A stretch of 64,000 bases of DNA from Lingula anatina. Lineage: Eukaryota; Animalia; Brachiopoda. This document shows positions 13,725-26,400 of this stretch, one piece after another. The stretch is from the NCBI GenBank assembly GCA_051362555.1, contig CM120646.1, positions 19,282,001-19,346,000 on the forward strand. The letters run 5' to 3'. The translations under genes and the position numbers were made by a program. How positions within the stretch are numbered: position 1 is the first letter of the stretch; every line of letters begins with the position of its first letter. Under the pieces are notes generated by a model that saw only the letters and a list, made by a program, of their open reading frames with translations, did no database searches and was not told the DNA's origin.

Positions 13725-16700
13725 GGGGATTACTGCACCAAAGTAGCAGACTTTCCCAACCTGACACATCCAGTAGACCCACCCAGTTGTTGGACACTGT
13801 GTAGTAAAAAATGAATGGGAAATTACTATATTTGGTTACATTATGATTGTCAGTACTGTAACTTATTAGTCAAAGGCATTGTGTTGTGACAGGTCAGTAG
13901 AAAAAAGGACGAATAACTAGTTATGATTGGGTTTGGTTTATGAACCAAAAAATGATGAAATGTCCCCTTAAAGGATGCTTTTAGCTAAATCTAATGTTTT
14001 GTTTTATCCAAACCTTTCAATAAAATTGGTTTAGTTAAAATAATTGTCTTTATCCATTAAACAAATAGGTTAACATGGAATAAAGGCATTGGTTCTAAAC
14101 AAAACTGGATGAGAAAGAGAAAACCAGGTAAAACTGTTGTTGCGATTAAAATTCTTCACTTTGTATGAGCTACTTCTCTCTCCCCCCTGTTATATTCCAG
14201 ATACCTTGGACACGTGTGGCAAAAAATCTGTTTTTGGTTTCCATCACCTGCTTTTCATGTCAGTGAAAAAATATGGCATGGAGAAATGAATTGCTTTTGA
14301 GATTAGTTGCATTTTGTTGAGGTGAAGTCAACCCTTCAAGGTGTGGGAAAGTTGTGCGGAGGATGAGGGACGCCATGATAAAAAAATGTCCCTGTTTGGT
14401 ATGGTTATTAATAGCTGGAGTTAGGGTTGAGTCACAACTGCATAATTTCAGCATGTCTAGTAGAAAGTGTTGAGATTAATTAATTTTATGGTCAGTATTT
14501 TTAACAAAAAAAAAAAAATGATTACAAAAGGAGGGAGGGGGGAGTCCTTCTCTGTACAAAACTTTCTTTGATAGATTTCAAAATTCCAATTAACACATTT
14601 GTTATGGAAATGCCTGTACTTGACTTCACTTATAGATAAGGCCCCCTTCCTTTACCATTGCACTTTAACAGAGCTGCCCTTCCATTTCTGTTTCTTTGGC
14701 AGAATTGTAATTGAAATTGGCTTTCAGTATCCTTAGGGATGTTAGGCATACTACTGCTGCATTGAATACAGTGTGGCTACCCACCTTGCTAAATTATTTC
14801 CTTCTTTTCACATTTCAGGGAATTACCAGATTGTTTATAGAGAGCATTTTTTGCTGACAGTAGGCGGGGGTTTTAAACAATTGAACACCAACCTGTTGGG
14901 TTATGCATTAAGTACTAAATGAGGTGAAATGGTGGTACACCTTTCTTCAAGTTAGCCGGTGGTATTCCAGTCCCAAATTGGAACCAAATTGGAACTGCTT
15001 CTGCTTCAATCTAGCCAAGATAAATAGGGGTGTATCTTCTAAAATCTATATGCATGTTATGGATCAGTTCTCTCCTACTTTGCCATTGATATGGATACTC
15101 ATGAACCAGCACACATGATCCTCAACCAGTTGCCTAGACTGCAAGATACAATGCCCAGAACATGAATGAAAAAGATTGCCCTATGCCAGGTACAAGGTTT
15201 TCTCAGGTACAGTCTGCCCCAGGATATTATGATTGAGGAGCTGGTGGTTGTGGTGGCTCAACTTTCTTGTTTTACTTTTGATAAAAGGCTTTTGTTCCTG
15301 CCTTGTGACTGTTCCCCAGCTGGTGGGGGGACAAGGTGGATGGTTGGGCCAGGCAGGGAGTTAGGGTTGTGCTTTTATAATGACTGATTGGTTTATTTGA
15401 ACAGTGAGGGACAAATTACCTCGATAAACCACTGATGTTGTTCCTTTGATTTTATTTTCTTATTCAAATACGGATTACCATCTCATAACAAGGGTTTAAA
15501 CTAGAAGGCATTTTAAGGGCTTCCATAAACTTTCCATCTTTTGATTAGTCCCTGTATTTGTTATAAGAGATTGCGAATTATATTTTAGCACCTAAATAAC
15601 ATATAACGGTACAGGTATCATCAAACACATTTCACATGGCAGAATTGTTACAATAGAGGCACATGTATGATTATACTTAGGGTGGTATGAATTAGAGAAG
15701 AAAGTTTACAACTTTTTTGTTTCAAAGATAATAGAAGAGCTAGGTAACTGTAGTTAGGTGGACTCTATCATCAGGAACGTAAAAAGATTCAATGTATATA
15801 AACTTTGATACAAAAAGTTCCATCTCACAAACTATTTGAAAAGTCCTCACAACTTTTTATGCAAAGAAGGTATAGTATAGTAGCTGTAATTGTGTTCCAT
15901 TATTCGTACATACTTTTATCATGTTAGTGTATTGTAGAAAAAAATGTAGACGTCATCGCATGAATTTTGAATACCTGAACTTTAGAGGCTGAGACGTAAA
16001 GGAACGAAAATAAGTCCAGATATCTGGGGTATCTTGGTAGAACAATTGCTCTTGACGTCAGTGAGTGGTAGGTAGATATATAAATAGTGGAAAATGTACT
16101 TCACCCCAGAAGGTAAAAGGTTATTCATTTCCTTACACAGCACAATTGTTTGATGCAAGCCAAGAATGAAATAACAATTCCTATTTGTTTTAAGAATTAT
16201 TCTTTTTTTTAGAAATGGTCAAGTGGATAAGATTTGTTAGAAAAAAACAGTTCTGAGAATAGTGTTATGTTACTTAAATTAGGGTAATGAAAGAGATTGA
16301 AGGTGGGCAGAAGTCCTTAATGTATAAGGCTTACACGGGCATTACAGGCATCATGGAGGGCTTTGCGTCAGGTCTCTTTTTTTCCTCATTAAAAATTAAA
16401 CAATATGATAGAACACAGGTGGTTATTTTGATTGAACAAAGAGCCATTTTAGTGCTTTTCAGAAAGAGAAACTATTATTCACTTTGTCGAGTTCCAGGTA
16501 TGATCAAATGAATTCCTCGTAAGTAAACAGCAAGTTGGAAAGTAAAGGAAACAAAAGTTATTAATAAGAGGTGTGTGATTCATTGACTATGTGGACTCAA
16601 GTGAAGAATTTAGGTGGCTGTGTGGAGGGTTATGTGGCACTTGACCATCCTGTGAAAACTGGAATTGCTAGTACAGGCAGGCAAAAACTGGAAATGTTAG

Positions 16701-18682
16701 TACAAGCAGCCCACAGGACACACCTCCATTAACCTGCGGTAAAACGTAAACACCAAAGGTACACCATAAACACTGTGAGTCACTGGGCACCCTCTCAGAT
16801 CAAAAGTTTACACCATCGGCTCACAGAGCGGTCTTTCAGTTTGAAGTAATTTAACCCAGACTTGAGCAGACATTAAGCACCTTTGCAGGGCCTGGGAAAA
16901 TGGGAACATCCTGCGCCTAACAACCACCTTAACCACCTTGTGTGGAAGGTGAACGGAGTGCTGAATGGCGCTAATGGACATTTCTGACCAACCGCAGACT
17001 GCCAGGCGGTAGGACACAGACCATTTGGGGGGCTGGCATGGGGGTGAAGCACTTCACCTCTGTGGCTAATTTGGCCTTTAACTTGGTATTCAGATAGTGG
17101 AGCACTTGGGGTTAGGAATTGTGGGGCGAAAGAATGTTTCTTTACAAGCACATTTTTTTCCCCTTTTCTAATGACTGTGTTGATATTTGACATAAGAGCC
17201 CTTGTTGAGTTTTTTTTTTTATTATTATTATTTCATTGTTATGGCTTATTTTATTTTTCACTGTGACATTTTGATAGTGCCAGTTTTTCTGTTGTGAAAG
17301 ATAATATTGTACATGGAACACCTGGTTTTGTAAACTGGACATAGGGGAAAATATTGAGTTTGTTTTCTGTCTTCTTTCTGCCTATTGATAAATTCTCTAT
17401 AGCAAACATGAGTGATACACAAGCTATGTATTGATTGTCTATAGCATCTTCCCAGCCAAGGGCAGGAACCTGTGAAATACGATTATCATATGATAAATTT
17501 TGCATTGTGTCCCATAATTGTGTGCAGGCTCCTCTGTGCATTTTATTAAAAAATAAATTTTGGCATGAAAAGCTTGTTATTATTAGCCCATGAACATACA
17601 CCTGAAAGGCAATTTCCTGTAGGTTATATGCCATTAAATGATTACCGCTAACAGAATTACAGTGCTGAGTTACATGACACGTGTGCCTTTTATACCTTTG
17701 TCATCAGCATGTAATTTCCTTCTCACAGGACATTGGTAAAAGCTATTACGGTGAATATTTGACTGTTGTGGATTAGAAAATTGAATTATATGTGCATTAC
17801 AGTTGTTTCACTGTTGTGATCTGCAGTCACGTCCCGCACCTGTGATCACATGTAAAGTGAGTGAGAGTCGACTGTGCTGCCACCTATTGTCGGCAGTGTG
17901 GTTGACACACCTGTGACCCAAATGCGTAGTGGTGCCATCTTGTGATGGTTTTTAGGATGTTGACCATCAAAGCAGTTATCTTCATTGAAAATAATAAATA
18001 AAAACATTTGTAATATTTTTGTAGTGATAGCAAAGGAGATTAGAATTTCTACTGTGAATATAGTGCTGAATAAGAAACAGAGTGATGTGTTAAGTCAAAA
18101 TGGGAGTGGAGGTATTCAGGCATTTAGATTTATATCTAAATGTGTACTTAAATGTTGATTGTGTCGAGTTGTGCCCAGGTATTTCCATATGTCAGGTATA
18201 AAGACCAGGTGTGATTGCATTGGAGGTGGTAATTGTGTTTAGATGTGACAGGTAACTTTTCCAGGTGTGCAGCTCAGAAGAGATTGACAACTGCATTGAC
18301 TACGGAGAAGATTTGAAGCATTGATTTGTGCAAATATAATTTCTAGTTTTCAGAAGAAAATTGATATGTCTAGGCAATCAAGAAAAGGTGGTTGAAAAAT
18401 TCTTTTGACATCTGTGACAGAAGAAATCAATATTTATCATGCCATTCATAGAGGCCATGGTTGTGGTGTTTGCAATTTATCCTGTACATATATATTTTTC
18501 AAATGCATACTTATATTGATTTGCAATTATGCTGTACGTGCCATGTGCAGCAGGCCAGCTGTGAAGAAAAATCCAGTTATAAAGTTGTACAAAGGGCTGA
18601 TAAAATGAAGTCAGAATATTGGAGGTGAATGAAAAATTATTCCTGTCTATGAAATTAATATTGATTTCTTATCTTGTTTTAG

Positions 18683-21600
18683 TTGACCTAGAAAATGCCT
18701 TAGAAGGGAGCACAGATAAAGATAATAACAACAGCAGTGGCAGCAGCAACAACAACGCCATTGGTAAAGATACAGCCATAACAGCAGCAAGTGATGCTTC
18801 CATGCACACCAGTAAACAATGTAACAAGTTCCACGACACACTGAGTGCACACTCTGGGAGTGGAGAAGGTGCCGAGGGGTCCTCAGAGGAAGAGGAGGAT
18901 GTGGTTGTGAACGGGGAACTGTTAAAAGGTAGCCCTCAATTTTAGAACTAATCCTAGATTGTTATTCTGCACAGTGTTTTTCTGGGGTTTACCTTTGTTC
19001 ATTTTTTTAGAGATCAGCAGTTTGCAATTTCTTTATTAAAATTATGATAGTTAAGCATAAAGGTTCTGTTTCATGTGAAATGTTGATGAATGATTCTTGT
19101 AATCACAGAACATATAAGGGGGTTAGTGAAAAAAAAGGTGGTGATTATTTTTTATTACTTTAGAGTTTATTGTTAGGATTAAAAAATCTTAAAATGAAAA
19201 TTATTTATTCTGTAATGCAGATGGGACCAACACAAATGTGGAACAAAACATTGAAGAGCTCCTGCTGAGCGGGAACACCGCAATTATCTACCCAGAGGCT
19301 GTGAGTGACCCTGAAGATCAAGATGGCAAAGACGGGCCAGATACCAACAACAATGAAGAAGGTGAGCACTTAATATTTTTTTATTTTTTATCCAGTTGAT
19401 AAAGTTGTGAAAATGGAGATCAGCATGCGAACGCAGTTTTCATCTTAATTGATTTATGATTATCTAGTTACTAATATTTGGAAATGTTAGTATATATAGT
19501 ATTTATGAATATTATCACTTCTGTTGTTTTCAGGCATCAAACCTTATTCGTGAAAACAATTAAGTTTGATAGTATAAGGCAATTTTGTTGACTTTTGAAA
19601 GAAATATTCAACATATTTTATATGTGTTGTGTTTTCAGATTCCATGGATGCCCCAGGAATGGAGGGGGAGTACTGCCTCAACTGTCCATACTGTGACAAG
19701 GGTTTCACTCGCCTTTACATCCTGCGTGATCACATCAAGCTCCAGCACAGCGACAAACTGCACAAGTTCAGTCGTTATGTCTGCCAGAGGTGCAATGCAG
19801 GCTTCGTGCTTAAGTCACAGCTAGATAAGCATTTAGCATTCCACTCTCCAACATCCCAAGTCTGCAAGACCTGCCACAAAATTTTTGCAAACGTTTACCG
19901 CCTTCAGCGCCACATGATCAGCCACGATGAGAGTTCTGACCTACGAAAATTCAAGTGCGGAACCTGTGGTAAAGCATTCAAATTCAAGCACCATCTGAAA
20001 GAGCATGTACGCATCCACAGCGGAGAGAAACCATTCCAGTGCCAAAATTGTGGGAAGCGATTTAGCCATTCCGGGTCCTACAGCAGTCACATGACCTCCA
20101 AGAAATGCTGGGTCATGAACATGAGGATGAAGGGAGGAGAGAAGAGCGATGGATCTCAGCCCGAGGATAACAGTGGACCAGTCATGAGGTCACCCAAGCC
20201 AGAAGTGAACAACACCACACCAATGAAGCCCCAAGTGCATTCCACTTACCCAGAATTCCCTCGCCATTTCCTGCCTATGGACCAGCAACACAACATGCCC
20301 TTACCTCAGATAGGTCTGAATGGTACACCACCACAGCTTTTTCCATATGGACACTACATTCCCCCGCCAGGTCACATGATCAATCCCATGATGCCTGGTC
20401 TTCCACCACATTCTGCAGCATTTCCGCCATTTGGATTTGCCTTTCCCAATGGAATCCCAGGCCTCAATATTCCAATGGTTGGTAAGAAGGACCATTTCAG
20501 CCCTACTCGACCTGATGACAAGGCCGAGCCAGCAAAGCCAGATAGTGGCGCAGAGCACTCAGAAGAAAAGCCATTTGCTCCAAATATCACCGATAAGGAA
20601 TCTTCGGAATCTTCTGAAACAAGTCCTATAAAAGAGGGCAGCACTGAAGAGAAGGCTGAGGAGAGAATTAAGAGGATCTTGGATGCAGTAAATGCCACTG
20701 TGAGAATACAACAAAAGCATAAAGAAGATAAGCATCAGATCAGCAAGTTGGTGGAACTGCACCACAAAGAGGTAGATAGTGAATCTGAGCTACAAGAAGT
20801 AGAGCAGCAAATTGCAGAAAACATCAAACCAGAGGCCAAAGAAACAAAAAATAACTTGTCAGAAGACATAGAGGTTGATGTGGAAAGCAAAGTTCCGATC
20901 TCTCAAGGTGACCAGGCTGACAAGAAGAAAAATGATGAGAATCCAGCAGAAGTAGCGCTGCCTGCAAGTCTTCAACCTGTGAAAGACTACAAAGATCACT
21001 CTCAAGAAGATAGTGCCAAGATGGAGTTCGATGATCAAAATGAATACCTCAACTACAAGTGCCGTTTTTGCAAGGATGAGTTTTCCAGTGCGGTGGACCT
21101 GCACCAGCACGAGCGCTACATGTGCAAGCTAAACGAGGAAGTCCAGAGGGCTGCGTCTTCAGACGGGGACAGCACTAGTGGCTCCTCCACTGGCCGTTCT
21201 ACTCCACAGCATGTTGATACTGATGATGAAGCAGAAACACTGCCAGACAAAGGTGACGAGGGCTTGTATGATAAAGACGGAAAGAGGTTCAGAGTGCGTT
21301 CTATGATCAATGAGGAGCAACTGGCAGTGTTGAAGAAATACTATGAAATCAATCCAAGACCAAGGAGATTTGAGTTGGCTAAGATAGGTAAGGAGATTGG
21401 CTTTCCCAAGAGGGTGATCCAGGTATGGTTCCAAAACATGCGTGCCCGTGATCGCAAACTAGGAAAAGTTGTTCCATACTTCCCCAGCATGGCAAGGTTT
21501 CGCCAAGGGGAATCGCCATCACCACAGAAGCAAGTTCCAATGCCGTCTACAACTTCAGTGATGCCCTTGGCAACAGCACCACCTAGCACTGTCTCCAGTA

Positions 21601-23457
21601 CCTCTGCGCCTTTTATTCCAATAGTTCCACAGCCATTCAGCTTCCAGAGCCACCGTCTACCAAACATGGCAACCAACAACTTTTTCATGCAGCAACATCA
21701 TTCCCAGTTTCCATTCAGGATGAACAACTTCCTGTCACCCACTTCAACTATGCACTCAACAACCCCATTCCCAGTGCCTCGCCCCATCAGCAGCCACTCG
21801 CTTCCTTTGCCAGTGGATCAAAATACACCCCTTGACCTCACTGTGAAAAAGGACAACCATGGAAGTGAGAAAACAACTGCTGGTGTTTTAGATCTTTCGG
21901 GAACCAGAAAGACTCCAGAAAGGCCACAGCAAAGTCTCTCACTGACGCCTGATCAGAAGAGAAAGGCAGAAGAGGCAGCCAGACTGGAGGAGTCTGTTAT
22001 ATATAAGTACATGCGGCAGGAAGGACTGCTGCCTAAAAAAGGTCACCAAAGGTCACCATCTCCTGCACACCAGAGGGCATTGCCGTCTATGGTGGCACCT
22101 GGACCCTCACCAGCTCATCTCCAGATACCAGCATCAGCGCCATCTATGTTCAAACCTTTGTCCATCCACCCACACCTCACTCAGGCAGTTGAGGAACGCA
22201 TCAAGCAAGACTTCATCTCCAAGCTAGAGCTACTGCACATGGCTGCCCAGGTGGCATCACCAATCAAGATGAGCCAAAGTCCACGTTCCAACTACAGTTC
22301 CAATCTGTCAGATGCTGGTGGCCATGTGAGTGACGGAGATGTGGATGACGATGATGGTGATGATCTCAGACCTGGGAAGAGGATGAGGAGGAAATCTTGG
22401 AAACAGGTATGGGTTTATAGTCTTGTGTACACTGGCCAAAAGGGTAATTTTTACAAAATAGCTAAAACCACTAATATTGTTCATGAGAATTGTAGCCAGT
22501 TGGTAGTACCTTTGCAAAAGTGAAGTTTTTTTCCCATTGAGATAGTATGTTGATGAAATAGCATGAAATACAGGAGAAAAAAAGATATTGGTATGATGCA
22601 AGTACTCAAATGTTTTTACAATATACACTTTGAGATATTCACTTTAGGAGTTGATATAGAAGATTTCAACTTCCTCATGGTTTTCTTTTTTTTTATTTCT
22701 TTTCATGTAAAACTATCTAATATTAATACATACACATATTATTTGTAGATGGAGATAGATACTAATGATGGTGACAGCAACATGACATTGGATGAGGAGC
22801 AGCAGCAACAGCGTAAAAAACGCAAGTCCTGGAAACAGCACAAGATAGATGTGGACAACGAGGGCATGTATGCATGTGACCAGTGCGACAAAATGTTCAG
22901 TAAACAGAGCTCACTGGCCAGACACAAGTATGAACATTCAGGTAGGGGGCGCCACAAGTCATTGTAAATTCTTGTTGATGCCTTGGAAGTAAATAGTTTA
23001 TCTGGTGCAGTAATACTTCCAAATCGGAATGTCCAGTTGTTGTTAACTCAGTATTGCTGACTGTTGCTGCTTATTAAAGAATAAGTTCATCATTTTAAAC
23101 TCACTTCCAAGTTGGAAGACAGTTGGAAGGAATTAAAGGTAGAGCAAGGGAAATGTTGGCAAATATTGTAAGAAAAGTTAACAGCTTTTTTGAATAAGCA
23201 CTCTTCCTTTTTGCATTTTAGGTGCTCGTCCATTCACATGTGAGATATGCTCTAAGGCATTCAAGCACAAGCACCACTTGACAGAGCACAGGCGCCTCCA
23301 CTCTGGGGAAAAGCCATTCCAGTGTCGGAAGTGTGGCAAACGTTTCAGCCACTCCGGTTCCTACTCCCAGCATATGAACCACCGCTACAAGTACTGCAAG
23401 CCATCCATGAAGGAAGATGGCGGCATGTCGTCTGATGCTGAAAGCGTGCAGAGTTAA
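18683..23457 (+). CDS. ZEB: Zinc finger E-box-binding homeobox protein (ZEB/zfh1 ortholog), 5'-incomplete; exons 18683-18928, 19221-19361, 19639-22406, 22749-22941, 23222-23457
   Basis: All introns are GT-AG and the frame is continuous to TAA at 23455-23457. ZEB hallmarks: NTAIIYPEA motif; N-terminal C2H2 cluster ([54 protein letters not shown]); central homeodomain ([17 protein letters not shown]); CtBP-type motifs PLDLT and VLDLS; C-terminal C2H2 cluster ([59 protein letters not shown]). The first listed exon starts in phase 1, so an upstream exon is required. Confidence 0.96.
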
Positions 23458-26400
23458 ACAGGTTCCTTGTCTTGGATGAAAGGGAAAAAATGGATGATGT
23501 AGGAGTCTTGAAGTCTAGAAAAATTTCCCTAAATTGATTTAGTATTTTTTGGGAGATACTAAAAGGGGACCATCCGTTCTTAAGGAAATTTGCAAGAAAT
23601 TTATTGAAGTTATTTCAGAAAGACCAAGCATGTAATAGAACATTCCATTTACAAGAATTCCACTGGTAGATTAAATAATTCCATCCAATGAAAATCAGTG
23701 TGGTTGGTGTTGTCATGGAAATGGTTGCCATGGAAATGAAGCTACTGCTGTTCACACAGCATATTCCATATTCAAGGGATCAATAAGATTTGTATTTTTT
23801 GTTCCGATGTTCTTTAGATTATATAATGATATACTTTCTGATTGCCTTATTTTGATTGTAAAGAAATGCAGTGTTTGCAGATATGGCTTACAGTCTTGAA
23901 ATGTGTTATTTTTGTTGAATAGATGAAAAATGTTGATGCCCAGGAATCAAATACTGATGTGCATTTTTTTTCTCTCCAGGAGAAGCAGATAGTGGGTATT
24001 CATCTTAAACTGTAGAAAAAGATATTGTTTACAATTTGCAATTCTTTGTATTTTATTTTTATCCGCTACTATATATACTCTGTTATATCTTGAAGGAAAC
24101 TTTATTTTCATTTACTTTTTGTTCCATATGTGGAATAAGTTATGCTTAGTAAAAGTAGTTGGTATCGGCTATGCCAGCCCTGAAGGGTTTGCACTCTTGC
24201 CTGAATATGGTCATATATTTGTACATATGGATGTATACATTCTGTGTTGTCGTAGGTGTAGATAGGTTACTTTACTGTAGTGTTTTTGCAAAGTAACCTG
24301 AAAAATATTCACATCCATAATAGTAGTTAGGGTAGTGTGATTTGTGTTGTTTTTATTTTGTGTGGAGCAATATTGTCTGTTTTATTTGAATGTACTGGGT
24401 TTCTGTGCATTTTAAGATGAGAAAATTCTAGTCATGAGTTTTAAGTATGTTGAACTGTGTACAGTAGTAGCAGTGATTGTGCACTGATTGTATATGGTAT
24501 ATCAATATATCTGCATGCTGTGTAAAGGAACACGTCTCATGGGAACGGGAAGTTATTTGGTAGATTTGAATCAAACATGCAGCTTTTTTTATCCAGCCAA
24601 GGGGGACCTTATTTTTCAAAGGAAGTCCACAGTAATTTGCAATGTTACGAAATACAATGCAGAATTGAAGCTAATCTGATCTTGCTCTCTGTCACATCAG
24701 CTCGTTGATGTGAGCTTATCTCAGTTTCATCAGATTTCTTGTGCCAAAGAAAAGGGAAAGTGCTTCCAAGCAGGTCACCTCTCACTACTGATATTAGTTC
24801 CTTCCGTCTCCTGGCATAAATCAGTATTAATATCATCATTTTTGGGATTGTCTTGTGCCAGATTGCCATAATCTACATTTTTGTATTGGTTTTAAGGTAT
24901 TATCTTAGTTGTTCGCTCAAAATGAGTATGGGTGTTTTTTATTCCAAAGAATTTCCACTAAAGACAGCTTCTGGGGCTGATGAAAAATTGCTTTACCTTG
25001 GATGTGCCAAAATTGTTAAGAAATAATGGATTATTACACAGTATTATTGAATTATAAGTCTTCCAATTGATCTCCTTTGATACTGCCAAAGGTGAACGTC
25101 TGGATTCCCTTTAGTCCTCTCTGCAGTGCTCAAATTAGAATTTTGTATTGTAGTGCAGTGACTCATTAAGTTATTGCAACTTCCTTGAAAAAAAATGTCC
25201 AAATGAAGGGAAATGGCTGCCATATTTGAACCAGTCGATCAAATCCTAATCCTTGTTTCCCCAGCTATGTCAAGTGGCCAAAGTTGTACATAGATTGTAG
25301 TGCATGTAAATTTAAGATGCATGCTATATGTAGCAGGTTATTTATAATAATGGTTGTATTATTTGTCAGGGGTTATTGAGAACCGTAACCAGTGGTGGTT
25401 TCTCTACTAAAGTTCCCTGTCTCTGAGTCAGTGTCATATGTGCCAAAACTGTATAAAGTTCTAGTCCAGGATTAGTTGGAACATTAGCTATATTATTATT
25501 ATTATATACTCCTATATAGTGCACTCAGATAGTAATTGTCTAGTATATATATATCAGGCATAATATTAATCAATCTTAAGAGGGGTCATGGTGTACTCCA
25601 GCCCCCCTCCCAGTCAAGAGATATGATCCTCAGTCTTATGTGCCAAAAGGTGTGTGTATAGGTGTACTCCCCCACTCCCCACCTCCCAAATATATATTGT
25701 AAATATTGTAGAAGATGTTGGAGACATCTTTGTGTTCATTGATGGAGGACGTTCTGTCTCACTCTTGGTAATGAGCTTTAAAATCAAAACAATGTACAGG
25801 ATAGCTTGTGGGTAGTTTATTTTATGTTACTTGTATTCTTTGTATTTAATTAGTTTACCGGAAAAAAAAAGAAGAATCTTTTCCTTAAAAGCTAATTGTT
25901 GGGTGATTATAATTTTGTTCATGTTCAAAATGAAGTTAGTTTTTGGGATTTTAATATTTTGGCCTTAAACAATCAGCATAATAACAACACAGGCGTTTGT
26001 TGTACAAACACCAATATTTCTGTACTTTTGGTTGGTCAGTTTTCAATGGATCTTAAAAAGAATCTTGCCACCCAGTATTACTCACTATATAGCCATAATA
26101 CTTCTAGTTGTACACATGAGTGGAATTTTCTATAACCATGTGCTCAGTCAGTACCACATAATACTCAAAAACTCATGTCCCATTTATGTGTCACAGTACA
26201 TTTTTGTGTGCCATTTTGGTATCCCCATATTTTATGTGATGTATTTTATATACATATTTATCTGTTATTTTTACCTTGCATTATTATTATTATTATCATT
26301 ATTACAGTTAGCATAGTTCTGTTGTATATGATATGTTCTTATTCCTTGAGTAGGTGAACTTTACCGTCATTACATTCACCTTGGAAGGTGGGTGAGTCCC

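Noticed and set aside
20301-21688. Several antisense ORFs over the large ZEB exon
   Set aside because: Shadow ORFs of a GC-richer coding exon with no independent coding signal.
22407-22523. C-terminal extension of the 964-aa ORF
   Set aside because: Read-through into the intron after the CAG|GTATGG donor; the true protein continues in the 22749 exon.
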